This document shows, in pieces, positions 50,981-64,000 of a stretch of DNA of 64,000 nucleotides. The stretch is from Bispira polyomma (taxonomy: Eukaryota), in assembly GCA_965649765.1 (NCBI GenBank), contig OZ287749.1:76694001-76758000 (forward strand), in the 5' to 3' direction. The notes beneath the pieces are model-generated. The model was given only the letters and a program-made list of their open reading frames with translations, searched no databases and was not told the DNA's origin. A program made the translations under genes and the position numbers. Every line of letters begins with the position of its first letter. The first letter of the stretch is position 1.

Positions 50981-53262
50981 TATTAAGCCTTGGTTTTCAT
51001 TCAGCAACATTAGGTGACATATATAAAACACATTTCATGGGGTTGAGCTAACACAACAAAAACATAAGGCCTGGAGAATAAGAAGTTTCAACAACACAAA
51101 CTGCTGTTGTAAAACACTTTATCAATGTTTTCTATCTCACTTGGGTGAGAGTGAAAATTGTGGAAAGACAAAGATAAATATTTGTAAAACTAAATATTTG
51201 CACATGATGACCAGCCTGTTGATCAATTTATCTCCGTTCAGAATGAGTTAATAAGGTACAAGCATATTTTGATAACCACATACATTGTGACCATCAAAAA
51301 AGCCATATCAACAAAAAAATATATTGATAAAGTTTGAAAAAATAGTTTAAAAAGATAATCAGAAATATCTTTCTGCAACATATTGGTTATAGTTCCTCTT
51401 TTAGTCATAAAAGATATGGATAATCCCCCCCCCTACCCCCCCTTAACAAAGATAGAGATACAACATAAATAATTTATTATCTAAAGCTGCAGTGTGAGAA
51501 CATCTGTACTGTTTACAAAATCCTGGATGGAGAAACCTCCTCCCTCAGCCCTGTGATTGCTTCTTAACTTTTGTAGAAGAAAACAAGTGTGGGTGCCAGT
51601 TTAGCCTTGTTTAAGAACTTAAAGTCTCCTTTGATTTGGAACGAAATATGTTAATTTAGCATTATGTACTGTTATAAGTAACATGATCATCCCAGACTAG
51701 AAGTAGATGTCATGCTAAATTATCGGTATACATAATACATATATCTTGAATTTATTACTTTAGACATGTTCTAACTTGAGCCTCAGGCAAGGCTTGTGTT
51801 AATGTCCCCCCCCCCCCCCCAACTCTACACATATAATAAACTTTAGTACAGATTTGGGGTGTAATGTCTAGCAGTGAGTAGTAGAGTACATCAGTAGCAG
51901 AGGGAAAGAGGATGCTATTTCATTTTCCTTGCAGTGCTTTACAATTCTTGGTATTTAGAACATCTCACAAAGAAAATAAGTAAATATGTATTGGTATTGA
52001 TGTTTAGCACACTATCTCCATTTGTATTTGATTCAAAAACACTAATTAACCTTTTGTTTACTAGACTGAACGAGTACAGCCAAGAAGTTACAATTACTGT
52101 CATTCTCCCCTAAGTGAAGACCGGGAGAAATGGCCATTTTTATCAATTTCCCCAAAAAACTATTTTTGTTGGAAATAAGACCCATTGGGGAAATGAAAGA
52201 CAACAATTATATATGTTGCACTTCAGCCACTATGTATCATCTGCCTGTACTTGTGAATCCCCAGACTGAGATCAAATAAAACCCAGATCCTCCGGACTCA
52301 GCAAGTGTGTCTTTCCCACTCAGCCAAAGTGGTAGAGGTAGCCTGACAAACACAGAGGTTTCCGCTCTTGTATATGTTTTAATGCTGTTTATAAAAAAAC
52401 AAAAAAATGAAACTTCCTTTCAGCAAGTGATAAAACATGATGCTGTAACTGATCATTTTTTAACTTTTTACTAGGGTGTTTGTTACAAGATATACATGGA
52501 CATCTTTCTTTATATTTGTCTTTAGGTGAAACATACAAATGCCAATGTCGCCCTTCCAACTATTATCGCCCTGTGCTAAACACCACTATGCAAACTGGAG
52601 GGTGTTATTGTTAAATGGTTTGTGCTGTCTTTGGGAACCTATTCCATCAGCTAATTAGTAAAATCAACTAAAATATTAAGGTGGCTAAGGAAGAATGAAT
52701 GTGTTCAATAGAATTGTTTATTATTACTTATTACTCAATATTAAGTCAGTAATGGAGTATTCTATGCAGTTCTGTAACTTTTCTATTTAACCCTTGCCTT
52801 TGTTTTCTTGAATTTAATTTCATTTATTTCACCTCTACTTGTATTGTAGTTCTCTATTTATATTTATTATTCTTGAAATATTGTACTATGTGTACGAATT
52901 TGAATAGATAAATGAAAATAATTACAATCACCTCCGACTGTTGTACTTAATAATAAAATTCAAATTTGCTACAGAAAATAAGAAAATGCCTTATCAATTT
53001 GTCCCCGAAAATTAATGAAAAAAATAACCAAAGTGAAACAATGCGCAATATAATAATTGTGTGTCACAGTGCTGTATGATCAGTGAGATTAGACTTGAAA
53101 CGAACTAAATATTTTTTTATTTTCTTATAAAACAAAGCAGAGAAGCAGACACCAAGTAACCACTTGAGTAGATTACTTCTGAAGCAACAAACCATGTGTA
53201 TCGGAGAGATATTGAAGTGATGTTATTATGCAAATTAGACTGTTCTGCCATTATAGAGACAG

Positions 53263-53301
<39 letters not shown>

Positions 53302-56300
53302 GTACCAACTTTCATATAAGGATATTTAAGTCTTTTACCTTTGACTCGTAAAGAACCGTTAACATTGCATAACGAAGTAAGTTTGTTTGGAAATATTGTT
53401 TAACTTTTAACAAGAAAACCCGATATATAATTGATGATCGGGGACACGACCGATAAATTTAGTACTTAACTAATCAGGGACCCACTATATAAACATTTTA
53501 TTTTAGATTGGGGATCCAATTGATATCCTCTTGCGATAAAATTACCTACAAGATAAATATCTGGTATGTACCTCAGTAGCAAATTATAGTTTAAATTTAA
53601 CTCCTTGGCATGCCTATATTTACTATTCAAAGTGTTGAAAACGAAGTCGTATAAATATATTCATTAACATACTTGCGCCGCCAACAAGCTTTGCTACTTA
53701 CACACACGTTTTATAGCATATCCTTGGAATGATTTGCTTCGCATTCCAAGCTCATACAAGCACTATAATGGCTGCACTCACTGCATGATTTTCAACAACA
53801 GACCACTAATTAACTACATGTAAACAGTTCTTATTCCTAGTAATAAAACACAGTACACGGCGACATATTTGAGACACGAGGGAAATCATGGTATCATTTG
53901 CTTATCTATAGTTCCAACAATATTTACATTTTCGTATCCCAGCTCCGTGGAAAAAAATGCTTAGCTCATGTACGCGAGCGTGAAACTTTTCTCTCGTTGC
54001 CGACGTGGTGTTTTAATCATTTCCTGCTTCTCATGTCTGTTGAATATGCGTGCACCGCTTGTGCATATATTTAGTGTAGCATGTGGTTTGTTTGTTTTTT
54101 GTTTTTTTTTGTAAAGGAAGATAATTTAGTGGCTTACCTTGCTATAGTATAAAACTATACTCTATAATATGGCGATTATGTTATTATCTACATATATCTA
54201 TATGTTCCAGGAAGTTATGTATCATAGTATAACTATCCATTTATCTGTTCCTATACTAATAGCCTGAATGTGTGTCACTTATCAGTAGAAACGAAAAAAA
54301 GGTGTTGCATATTTCCCCTGTACCTTAATTTGGTAAAACATATGTTAGGAATCTCACATAACGCTTTTTTGTCATACATGTAGTATACTGGGTTCACGAA
54401 CACACATAACCAAGGTGACACACTGCATCTATTTGTTTGTTTTAGTCAAGCATTTAGTCTTGATCATCATCAATATATACACGTACTCCAAATCCTGATT
54501 TACATACGAAGCAATATACACGCACATAGTCGAATCAAACAGGTCTCGACATATTCATTATCCGTCTGTAAAACTTCTATAGTTGAAGTTAATCTCACAT
54601 GGTGGTAAACCTGCATGTGTAAAGAGACTGAACCAATGATTATATCTCACCATCTATAATTGTGTCAACAAGTTTACATCAGCATTTCCTCACAAAATGA
54701 TAGCATCCAGTCTTTCCCACTAAAGCACCACTGTGTGGTTAGCACTAAACGTTGGAATTATTCCCCACCCTCTTCACAACGAAAAACCACCACACAGCAA
54801 ATATGATCACGAAAGAGTAATCAGAACCTGCATTATATCCAAAATACTACAACAGAATGAAAACACAGCTTACAAGCAAGTAATATACAAATGTATTCCG
54901 TGTATCGTGAATGTATATTTACCTCATATTTATTACACAGTACACAATATGTATATATATTACATAACGTGATAAAAAAAAGAAAGAAATTAATTAATCC
55001 ATGCATACATATATATGGTGTATTTGTAGTTTTAATCGATTTATTGGGCAAACCAAGGCGGAATGTAAATCTACATTGAAGTTGCAAACCTTTTGGTCTA
55101 CAAGGTGTTCTGAACTGAAACCACCCAACGAGCAAAACAAACATATATTGAAACTTTCTTTCAAGCATGTTAGCCGTGTCCAGGCGAAAGAGTTGCAGTT
55201 TTTACCCAGTATATATAGATATTATACCCTCTTTCAGTTTATTTTTTATTAATGAACATAAACAGCCTGAATGAAAGTCCAGGGCTGTATTCACAAAAGG
55301 TCTTAAGTCTTGAGTTAGGTTTTAAGCCTAACATTTTAGCCTTTGATTTTGACAAAAAAATTAACATTTTGGTCTTCCTCCCGGTGACAGTAAGAAAAGA
55401 TCTTCTGTGAATACGCTCCCAGACGTCCAAGCACAAGTTTACCCAAATTTAACAAAAAAAAATCCTTTGTTTCATTTTTATTTTCTTAATATAGTACATA
55501 TTTAGTGATGTGTATCGCTTGTAGTCTTACACAAGGGCGAGTTACCCCCCCCCCCCCCCCCCCATCATCCCCAATACACACACATTTCATATTGCTTTGC
55601 TTGCACACAATCGCGAGATTGACATGAAAGGCTATACAAAACCGGTAAGCTTTTCATCTCCAAACAACGTTTCTAATGACAAAACTGTTAGTGGCTTGGT
55701 CGCTTGGAAGTCCACGTATACACAAATATGTACGTGTACACATAAACAGACCAAAACAAGGGTGGTTGTTAAGGCCTATTTCAGAACTCCTTATCTCTCT
55801 GTGTTCATGTGCAACAAGGGGATTTGCTTTAAGAGATAAACAACTTGGTTCTAGTTGTGTGTATATATGTATGTGTTTGCATATTAAAACCCACTAGAAA
55901 AAATACACGGTTACAAGCACTAGTAAATTAAATCAATAAACATTAACTCAAACAAAATAACCACAATAACTTGCTCTAAGGAATAGCAGAGATAAAAGAC
56001 GAGTAACCATAAGGTAGCCTTATATTAAGTTGACTACTCCAACTCGGCCATGTGAACTAAATCTCGTCCAATTAAAGCAAGGCAAAAAAGAGAGAATGTT
56101 TTGTTTGCCAATCGATAGCTTCACCGAGGGACGAACTATAAAATATTTACACTGGCGGGGCGTGTTAACTCGCCACAGGTTTTCTGTATGACGTTTTAAT
56201 TATGAAATAACTAAAGCATTAAAATCAGTATGTTAAGCATTTAATTACAATAGTTTGAAAACATGGATATATTTATTATGTGATTTAACAAGAAAGAATT

Positions 56301-59300
56301 ACAGTGAATCACAATAGTTTTTTTATGATAACAGGTGCAATAATTCGTGAAAAAAATAGTAAGAACCCTAAAATAGTATTCATAATATCACCCCCTTGTT
56401 ACATTGCATCAATAAAACCAAGTCCTAATTTGTACGTTGGTTTATATATGGTTTGCAATGACAGTCCATTACCTGGTTGTGTATTTACTATTTAGTACTC
56501 TTTACATGCGAGAGTATACTAAAAGGTCTATCTATCTCCCTATCTATCTATGTACTGTTGTTACCTTATAAGGTTAACCTAACATCACTGAAGGATGAAA
56601 GTGCATGTATTCTATTTACCATTTTAAACCAGTAGTTTGCAAACAATTTCAGGCAAGATATACATATTCTATACTTATCTTGCTTAAATACCTAGGTAGA
56701 AGTATCCTATGGAATTATATACAAACAAGGGTGCCATTACACATACTAAATATTGAGTGACAATTTGTCATTTAAACGTACAGGTACAACTGACTTACTG
56801 GCCCCATATACAGTCAATTAAGTAGTCCGTCCTGGTACACAAAGAATGGTGTACTTATGTCACATGGCCAAAAATACACCCGTATTGATAATAATGCCTA
56901 TAGCTTGAATCTGATAAGGTCAGTTGACTTTCTGGCCGTAAATTTGACAACGGTATACATGTTTGGTAAATGCGTGAACTGTTGTCAATTACCACATTCT
57001 ACACCTTATAATCCTCCATAAAAGGGGGGAAATATCTGAATAATGTCACAATGCAATGCATTGCAGCTTTTAAATGGCTGATAATATTACAGATCAGACG
57101 TTTAGAGATATTTAAAAGTGCATTTACACACGCAGATGAGTATTTAGCCTAAAATCATAGGTTTGTTTTTTTTAATTTTTTTTTTTTTTTTTGGGGGGGG
57201 GGGGGGGGGGGAAATCATATGTGCAACGTGTTACTGATTAAACATACTGACATAGTTTGAGAATTGGTTGAGAATAAGTCTACTTTAAATACCACGGATG
57301 GTGGGTGAACACTGATTTGATCAAAATACACACCATCCCACTGAAAAACTGACACATGTCCAAATGAATATCAAACTGTAAGTACCCTAGAGCCATATTC
57401 ACAAAAGGTCTTAGTCTTACGGTTGACATTTGTGTCTAACATATTAAAGACTGCCCACTATTAGTCTTCATGTTAAGAGCAAAGTCAACACCAGTCAAAT
57501 AAATTTCCTTACTGTCACTGGGGACTAAGCACAAAATCTCAACCTAGGCTTTTCGGCAAAAAATCAAAGACCAAAGTCTCAGTGTTTACGACTTTAAGAC
57601 TGCAAAGTTAAAACCAAAGACCAAAGTCTCAGTATTTATGACTTTAACACTTACTGTCACTGAGACTAAGTCCAAAATCTGAACCTAAGCCTTTTGGCCA
57701 ATGCTTAGAGACAAAAATATCTTAAGCTTAAGACTTAGTTAAATCCTAAAGACCTGTTTGTGAATGAGACACAGGCTAAAAATAGATCACTATGCTTCGA
57801 GGGCCAAATCGTGTACGTCGTGTGATTTGTTGAGATATTCGTCAAATTGGAGGGTTGTGGCGCGTTTGATACACGGTGGTATAAATGTAACATGTGGGTG
57901 TATTACCATAAACGTAGGGGTTGGCGAATGAACAATAGCACTTCTGTCAATACCAACGGGTATTTGTGTTACAGCAGACCACAACAAACAAATTTTAAAG
58001 CATGTCAACTATTTATGTATTTGTGACTATAAATCGGGCCCATCATCTTTTGGTAAACTTTTTTGTGCCCCTTTGAAATATTGTGTGCTGTATGTAAAAG
58101 GGTTTCAATATTCACCCCTGTAATAATATATATTGACAAGCCTTCGACATTATTTATAAGTACAGCTATAGCTATAAATTTCCACTAAATAATTAAATAA
58201 AACAGCTTTCAAATTTTTTACACAGATTTGCAAAATACAGACTATGCATGACATTCAAAATTATTTTGTTTACCTATAGAGCCACTATTGGGACCTCTAT
58301 CCATGTCTTATTAAGTTGTAATTGTGACGTTTTGTGATCACAACGTTATCTTGCATTCACCAAATGATTGAATTTAGTGCTCAGCTCCGATCAAATCAAC
58401 ATGTAATAGCAAAATCATTTCATACCAGAAAAAAAGCCAAGGTAAAAATATATTAATGTCCTGCCAGGGCCTCCATAGTTTTTATTATTACAATTCGTTG
58501 ACAATTTGAAAGAATACTGGAAAAACAGACGAAAAGGGAAAAGACGACAGACAAAGAACAACAGGTATTAGTATCCTACATATTTGCCTATACATATGAT
58601 GAAGGATGGTGGTTTACACGTAGGAAATATTGACTTCACGAACATTCGTCCTGCACCAGTAAACTTCATGTCAGGATGGAATACTCTGTCAATGAAAAAA
58701 CAATGCTCAACTCCAAATAAACAAAACACATAACCAGTATTCTAGACATTAATATCCCACATTTTACTAGCTAGACTTTAGGGTATATCCCCCCCCCCCC
58801 TTCCCTCTTAAACTTACGTATCTAGCTTAATGTGCTCTTATCTCAGAAGTCTTGCAAATCTGTTTTTTGGAAGGTATGGGGAAGTATATCAAATTCTGAC
58901 CAGGATTAGCATAAGTACAGTATGCAATATTCAATGTGTAAACCAAATGAAGCTGTCTTTCCAATAGAGCCTCCAGTAAGCCTAAGTGGATGCTTCCATG
59001 TGCCCCGCTTCTGGGTGCGGCTTGTGGTTATAAAATCGATCATTAATAAATTAGAAGTCTTTCCATGTTGGACCGCTTGCAGTTGAGGTTAGCATTAATT
59101 AATTTGATCTCGGTCGCATCTGCAACTCAGAAGTCAACCAAAAAGCATTCACTCTAGCTTTGTGCTTATAATGGTATTTTTGGTATCAAATTGGTCTTCT
59201 GACCAGAATCAAAACAGAAAAAAGAAAGTCATGGCCTCCAGACTAAAAAACCTATTTGGTATACCATATTTACTACAGAAATATATCCGCAGGCCACGCC

Positions 59301-60288
59301 GCCAACCCTGCAACTATGGAAGCAAACGCAAAGTAGATTTTCAAGTTTAGCGGTTTCACTTCCGTGACATATAGAATTATTTTACTCTTTTGTTTTGTTT
59401 TTATTTTATTTCCCCCTTCCCTTATATTAAAAAGCTAAACATGCCCACACAAGATTCTGTCACATACAACTATATTGTATCTCTAAATATACAGTTTTGC
59501 TTTCATTTTTGTCAACGATGTGCCTTTTGTTTCAATGTAAAACCACTACCGAGTCCCCGGGTCCGTATTCACAAAGTGGCGGAGACTAAATCCCCATTTT
59601 GGTGTCAAGCCACTTTGTAAAAACAGTCTCCTGCACATAACTGTACATTTAAAATGAACTCATGTTACAGTTACACATACTTTTGCTGAAACATCTCAAC
59701 CTTTAATCACAGATAAAATATCACACATATATAGGTCAGCCATTGCAGACACATATATATTTTCATTATTTTGTATTCTCAATAAAATATTATGTTATAC
59801 AATATAATACTGTTCAACGAGTAGTTATGGACGATGTGTGCACCAATTATGGTCATCCCTAAGATTAATGATATTTTTTTGTTACTAAAGATCTTTTGGT
59901 TTCATAGAATTTCTGCATTACGTTTTTTCAATAGTTCTGTAGGTTTATCTGCTATTAATAAATAATTAATAATAAGCGTTTTCTTAATTTATAAATTTGG
60001 CACTGAAACATAGGGGTGTCCATCATTTTTTGCACTATAATTGCCAGAAATGCGGTATAGTCATTCTTACTCAGACTGTGGTGTTTCTAATGTATATTCC
60101 CTCGGCACAAACAGTGGTCACACATTGCATTGTAAACTCCTTATTATGTTTCTCTTCTGGGGACGGGTTACTGATAACACTACAGAATAATGCAGTACTC
60201 TCTTTTGATATCTGTATCTATATCTAAAACACTATCTCCAGTTATAACGTATATACCTTAACATGTAGAAGTAATTTAGTAGTCAATA

Positions 60289-60292
<4 letters not shown>

Positions 60293-60355
<63 letters not shown>

Positions 60356-60365
60356 TATATATATA
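60293..60365. repeat. (TA)n microsatellite
   Basis: About 30 consecutive TA units. Confidence 0.98.
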
Positions 60366-63300
60366 GTAACAATAACAAATACAATGTCTTTGTATCAAAA
60401 ACTGCTCCCATAACAGTACTAACTATATATATATATTCGTATTTTCACAGCACATGTTACTTCTTCAGATCAGTCAGACCTCTCTGAGGAAGTTTATAAT
60501 AAACATGTTAAATCCCTTCTTTTACTTCCTCGTTTTGGTTTTTATATTCCACCGAATGTGCACTTCATTAGCCTTTCTTAAGACACACATTTAACAACTC
60601 TTGCAATATGTCCATCATAGCAAGTGCAATAAAGACAAACTACAAAAGGTTATCAGCTAAATTTTCTAGATTCTATATATTAAAGTTATATATGCAGAAA
60701 AATAATTTTAAGAACAACAATAAAATCCCATATCATACATAATATTTTAACTTATTATCATGCCAATTTACTTCTAGAGCTTGCGGTGTTAAATTGATAA
60801 CAGTTTCCATACATGCGTTATGTGGCATCCCACATATGGTAAGCATCTAGAATAACTCCCTCAAACACATGTAATATCCATTGAGTACTATGTTCTTGTT
60901 TTTATTAATATTTCTTTAACACACAGAATAAATGCCCTGGTGAATTGAAGTGTACAATTGTCCCACTTATGTCAGCAAACAGCAAATTTTAGCATTGGTA
61001 TTAATCTCTCCCATCCCATGTATTTAGAGCCGCCTTCTCGACTAACACATGATTTAGACAGGCAAGACTTATGATACATTAAGTCATTGAAGAAACACCA
61101 ACCCAAAATTTCAGTATAGTTCCAAATAACACTATCCCTGCATATCGTCACTACTGGTCTTGAACATGACTCTGCATAATTTTATCTTTTTGTTTATCGA
61201 TATAAATATCAGCGCCCTAATTCAGGCTAGGGGAATATATCAGAGCGATCAAATGGTATTTCACCCTCCTTATAAGGCGGTTATAAGGCCCACATGTATA
61301 CTTGGGCTGTATCCAGGAGACTACAATGTACACACCAATTGATGCATTACTTCTTTTTTTTTAGCTAAGTACAATCTATGTATTTATAACCGAAAGATAT
61401 AGGATTAGGACTGCTGCCAATCCCACGTTTTGACGTGTATCTTTATATAGAACTACGTGTCATTATAATGTCCCCAAGTTGTACAAATGTTAGAGTACAA
61501 CATTTAATTCATTGAATGTAGACCGCATCTATTGCTTTATTTCTGATTCTGTTGATAACAAATATATTGTATGCTTTCTCACATTTTACTTTTGAAATAC
61601 CAAGAAGTGAGCAATATTCTAATATTTTAAAATGATGTACTCAATAGACTTATATTGCTTTTCCAATTTTGTATTGTAATAAACTGTATTGAACTAAATA
61701 TATTTAAATATATTGAATTTTTAACATATTGTGATTACAGCTTTTGTTATACAGCCAAAGAAATTCTACGACGTATTTGTCAAATAAGCCCCCAAATAAA
61801 TGATGTTTTCGTAGATTGACCGGGGTTTATTTATAGACGCCTCCCCTCCCACACACACAACATCTTTTAACATGGGCGTTGTTCAATACAAGGCATCGAC
61901 TCTGCCCTAATTAATTATTGGCTTGTACATGGCTTATACCCGACTGATTTATTATCCTGTGTAATTCCAAACATATATATATACTACTATACCTCTATTA
62001 ACCGTATAAAAATAAAATTTCATTGTTTGAACTCATTTTACTTACCCGATTTATGTTTTCCCACTGTTTTATACTGAAATGACACTTCCACTGTATGAAC
62101 ATCCTATTGTACAAATTCTCCCCATCCCTCCCAATTTGTACAAACAAAATCCCCCCTCCCAATTTGTTCAGATAATAGAGGTTAAATTATGGTAGTCTGT
62201 ATTAATAATAATATTAGTATCTGATGCAACTATATTGACAACAATGATATCGAAGAATTCTGAGAATACCACGAAAAAGACACCATACATTACCTAATCA
62301 GAACAAACATTGCATGGTGACATCATCTTATTATCGTAGGCGTGGACTTCCCATAAACAGAATTCAGACAACAAGAAAAGTGGAAGGTTAAAATTAAATA
62401 TCCTATAGACTTTGCCAAAGTTTAGGCTAAAACCAGTCTTTAAAAGATATCTTTCTAAGCTAATTAAGTTATGGACATAAAATGGTATTCACAGAAAGGT
62501 GACTTGGGTAAAACTATTGAAGACAAAGCTCTTTACTCTATATTGTTTTATTTTTTACAATAAAACAGAACATTGTTTGCACTTGTTTTGTAGGTTAATG
62601 TAGATAGATTATATTATTGTTATATTGTTTTAATCATATATATATGGATAATAATAAAAAATTGGATTGATTTCTCACACGCCAACTATCTTATCATATC
62701 ACTAACTTACCTTTATCTCTGGTGACTAATATAACAATAGTATGGATCATGCGTATCAGTAGCTTATATCAAATATATAACCGAGAGATCAATACACTAA
62801 GAAGTATCTCGGTCGAGACGACTAGCTATAACAGGAAGTAGACGTGTACCACTTCCGGTCGGATGATGCACCCGCGTTGTTTACCTTCCGGGATGGAGCT
62901 GTTATTATCTTTGTAAACTTTGTACCTTCTTATATCTTTCTATATCCTTTATTTAGCATTTCTATGTTTCCCAAACTTGTGTTATTTGTGTTCTATATGA
63001 TATATTTATCTCTCTGTGTATGAGTGGAATCCACATGTGTACAGTACATACTTAGGGCATAATATGATATCCCATTTAACATTGAACCATGGATTCTTAT
63101 ATTCTCTGGGTAACCAACTGTATTATCTAAATCATCTTAGAATTATATTTAGGGTTTTTTCCCTACAATTCCCAGCGATATTTGTGAGGGACTGTTTTGC
63201 CTTTAAATGAGAGAGGATTGATAGGATAGGGTACTTGCAAGTTGTCACTGTCGTTTAATAAGAACCATTTAGATCAACAGTATCTGATACAGATATAAAC

Positions 63301-64000
63301 GTCCTGGAATAAATCAGAAAAAGAAGCAAAATCTACAAAGAAAGAAAATTATAGAGCCCAAAAAAAAAGCAGATTAGAAAAAATGTAATTTTGTTTTACA
63401 TATCACTATTTACAACACATTTATGAGCCTGCATTATAAAAGAGTGCATTGTTTCAACAACAATACAGACATGTATTAGTCACAGGTCATGTTACTTTGC
63501 AATCTATAAAGATATTACTCAATTTCTAAGAAATTCACATGAAACTGACGAATCACACAACCATGATCATTGAGCTCAGACTGAATATTGTAAACTAAGA
63601 AAAAGGCATGTTTCTTTAGAAGCACGACAAAGTTCTGGAGAAAAAATAATGCAACAGGATATTATTTCTGTCAGTTTTATTACCAACACTTTCCTCTACT
63701 GTAGTCTTGCTTTAAGGCTCAACAAGTTTATCAGAAATTCTCTTTTAGTTTGAAACAAATTTAGCAAAATGTAAATTACATGACAAACAGGTAGGCAGTT
63801 ATGATCAAGAAAGATACTGTTACTTTTAATAATACATTATGTTGAATAAAATTATTTAGTTTTTACATAAAATGGTGGTTTCTTGTATTGTCTAGTGTTA
63901 CAGTTTCTAACACCCAGTAGAGCAAAAACTCTATACCAGGAAATATACAATCCAAACTATCTTGTGTTTTAGCTATAAACCTAGACCTCTCAAAGTCGGC

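Noticed and set aside
54733-63210. Numerous 60-110 aa ORFs in the last 10 kb
   Set aside because: AT-rich, mostly non-ATG starts, no domain signatures or consistent exon chain; treated as intergenic or 5' intronic.

Overview
AT-rich eukaryotic (metazoan) genomic DNA; the repeat families suggest a lophotrochozoan, probably a mollusc (inference). Two host genes lie on the minus strand. (1) A BCOR/BCORL1-like Polycomb corepressor, which I assembled by hand as 11 phase-consistent GT-AG coding exons from 49926 to 16705 (6603 nt, about 2200 aa). It has N-terminal PxDLS-like motifs, ankyrin repeats, a PUFD-like region and an unusual long acidic repeat tail. (2) A divergent forkhead (Fox) gene at 3124-1711, split by a frameshift. 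Between them are a degenerate Tx1/L1-type LINE inserted inside a Helentron-associated element (HINE), tRNA-derived SINEs, and a young 5'-truncated L2/CR1-type LINE with a stop-free ORF2. BCOR introns hold MITEs, HINEs with satellite arrays, a 2.5-kb nested foldback element, a Helentron-like endonuclease remnant and a RAG1-N-terminus-like RING fragment. The most striking observation is a 75-bp tandem array of about 17 copies made by amplifying the exon 8/intron 8 junction of the BCOR-like gene. This gives about 16 extra copies of the 5' splice site behind an in-frame stop, just upstream of the PUFD-encoding exons. All calls are by eye; no database searches were run.
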